Part shown: in pieces, positions 63,154 to 64,000 of the stretch
Layout of the letters: each line of letters opens with the position of its first letter
Numbering within the stretch: the stretch's first letter is position 1
Assembly: GCA_965217585.1 (NCBI GenBank)
Contig: OZ244561.1
Location: forward strand, 4,320,001 to 4,384,000
Direction of reading: 5' to 3'
Length of the DNA: 64,000 nucleotides
From: Candidatus Latescibacterota bacterium
GTDB lineage: Bacteria; Latescibacterota; UBA2968; UBA8231
The notes under the pieces: generated by a model
Told to the model about the DNA's origin: nothing
Database searches by the model: none
Seen by the model: the letters and a program-made list of their open reading frames with translations, nothing else
Program-made: the position numbers and the translations under genes

Positions 63154-64000
63154 TCACAAGCGCGTACTGACGATCCAATCCCGGTGCGACTTGGCAAATT
63201 GGAAGGCTTCTCGCGAAGCCCGTTTGTCCTCGTACAGGCCGATGACTTGGTCGTATACTTCGACGGCGTCTTTCCACTTGTTCAGTCCCTCCAGACACAC
63301 GCCCAAGTTGCTGAGAGATCCCAAGGCGCTCTCGGTCTCGGGGTAGCGCTCCATCACCTCCTCGAAAACCTCTATCGCCTCCTTGAAATAGCGCTGCTCT
63401 TTGGTCACATCGGCCGAATCCATCAGGGCCAGGCCCCGCTCGTAGAATTCGTAGGCCACCGACTCCTCCAACTCGGCGATCAGGCGGGGGACCTGCTCGG
63501 CCACCGGCGCGTCGGCGTAGCGCTCCCGCACCTTATTGTACGCGTCTATAGCCTCCTGATATGCCTGGCGGTTGTACGCGTAATCGCCCAGCGTAAACTG
63601 CGCCGAGGCGGCGAATTCGCTCTCGGGATAGCGGCGCAGCAATTCGGCCATGGCCTCCATGGCTTCTTCATCGCGCTTTAACTCGATGAGGCACCAGGCC
63701 TTGTTGTAGTGGGAGTTGTCCGCCGACGTCTCGGCGGGGAACTCGGCGAGGATGCGGTCGTACAGACCGAGCGCTGCGGCGAACTCCCCGAGCTGATAAT
63801 AACTTTCGGCCGCGCCAAAGAGCATATCCGGCAATTCGCGCGCTCGCGGGTAATCGCTCAACAGCCCGAGGAACTCGCGCTGGGCGTCCTCGAATTCGCG
63901 CATGCTGTAGTGCGCGTTGGCCAAGTAGAAGCGCACCAGTAGGTCCTGACTCGGCTCGAGGCCAGCCTGGCGCAGGGTGCCAAAGACTTCCTTGGCCCGG
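63154..64000 (-). CDS. Tetratricopeptide repeat protein (BamD/CpoB-like repeats; 5' end outside window)
   Basis: Repeated ..YP.S..A..A.F..G..Y TPR units; frame open to the window edge. Confidence 0.85.
   Translation of the reverse strand, partial: RAKEVFGTLRQAGLEPSQDLLVRFYLANAHYSMREFEDAQREFLGLLSDYPRARELPDMLFGAAESYYQLGEFAAALGLYDRILAEFPAETSADNSHYNKAWCLIELKRDEEAMEAMAELLRRYPESEFAASAQFTLGDYAYNRQAYQEAIDAYNKVRERYADAPVAEQVPRLIAELEESVAYEFYERGLALMDSADVTKEQRYFKEAIEVFEEVMERYPETESALGSLSNLGVCLEGLNKWKDAVEVYDQVIGLYEDKRASREAFQFAKSHRDWIVSTRL

Overview
GC-rich bacterial chromosomal segment, probably FCB group / Ca. Latescibacterota-like (inferred from FlgD-Ig/T9SS-like C-terminal domains, DUF6785, DUF4159 and DUF2723 genes). 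Layout: (1) 1-10.7 kb minus-strand cluster namZ-like / GT2 / DUF2723 / CBM9-like / double-length uvrA; (2) 11-15 kb metabolic and RNA-processing operon; (3) 15-22 kb defence island with a Type IIG (Eco57I-like) R-M gene, an ABC-ATPase + DUF3226 TOPRIM pair, a run of truncated toxin-antitoxin and TPR fragments, and intact hicAB; (4) 22-35.7 kb mixed genes (SNF2-SWIM helicase, SelA-like PLP enzyme, SppA, AAA ATPase, Sua5/YciO, selB); (5) 35.7-39.8 kb decayed island; (6) 39.8-64 kb envelope and catabolic region with FlgT/CsgG-like + exbB + 2x exbD, two DUF6785 membrane paralogs, two convergent secreted FlgD-domain paralogs that share a conserved leader motif, sulfatase/GH4/CocE/DUF1080, and a TPR-DUF4159-lipoprotein operon ending in an exbB scar. 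No rRNA, tRNA or CRISPR array was seen. All family assignments come from motif recognition by eye, not database searches.
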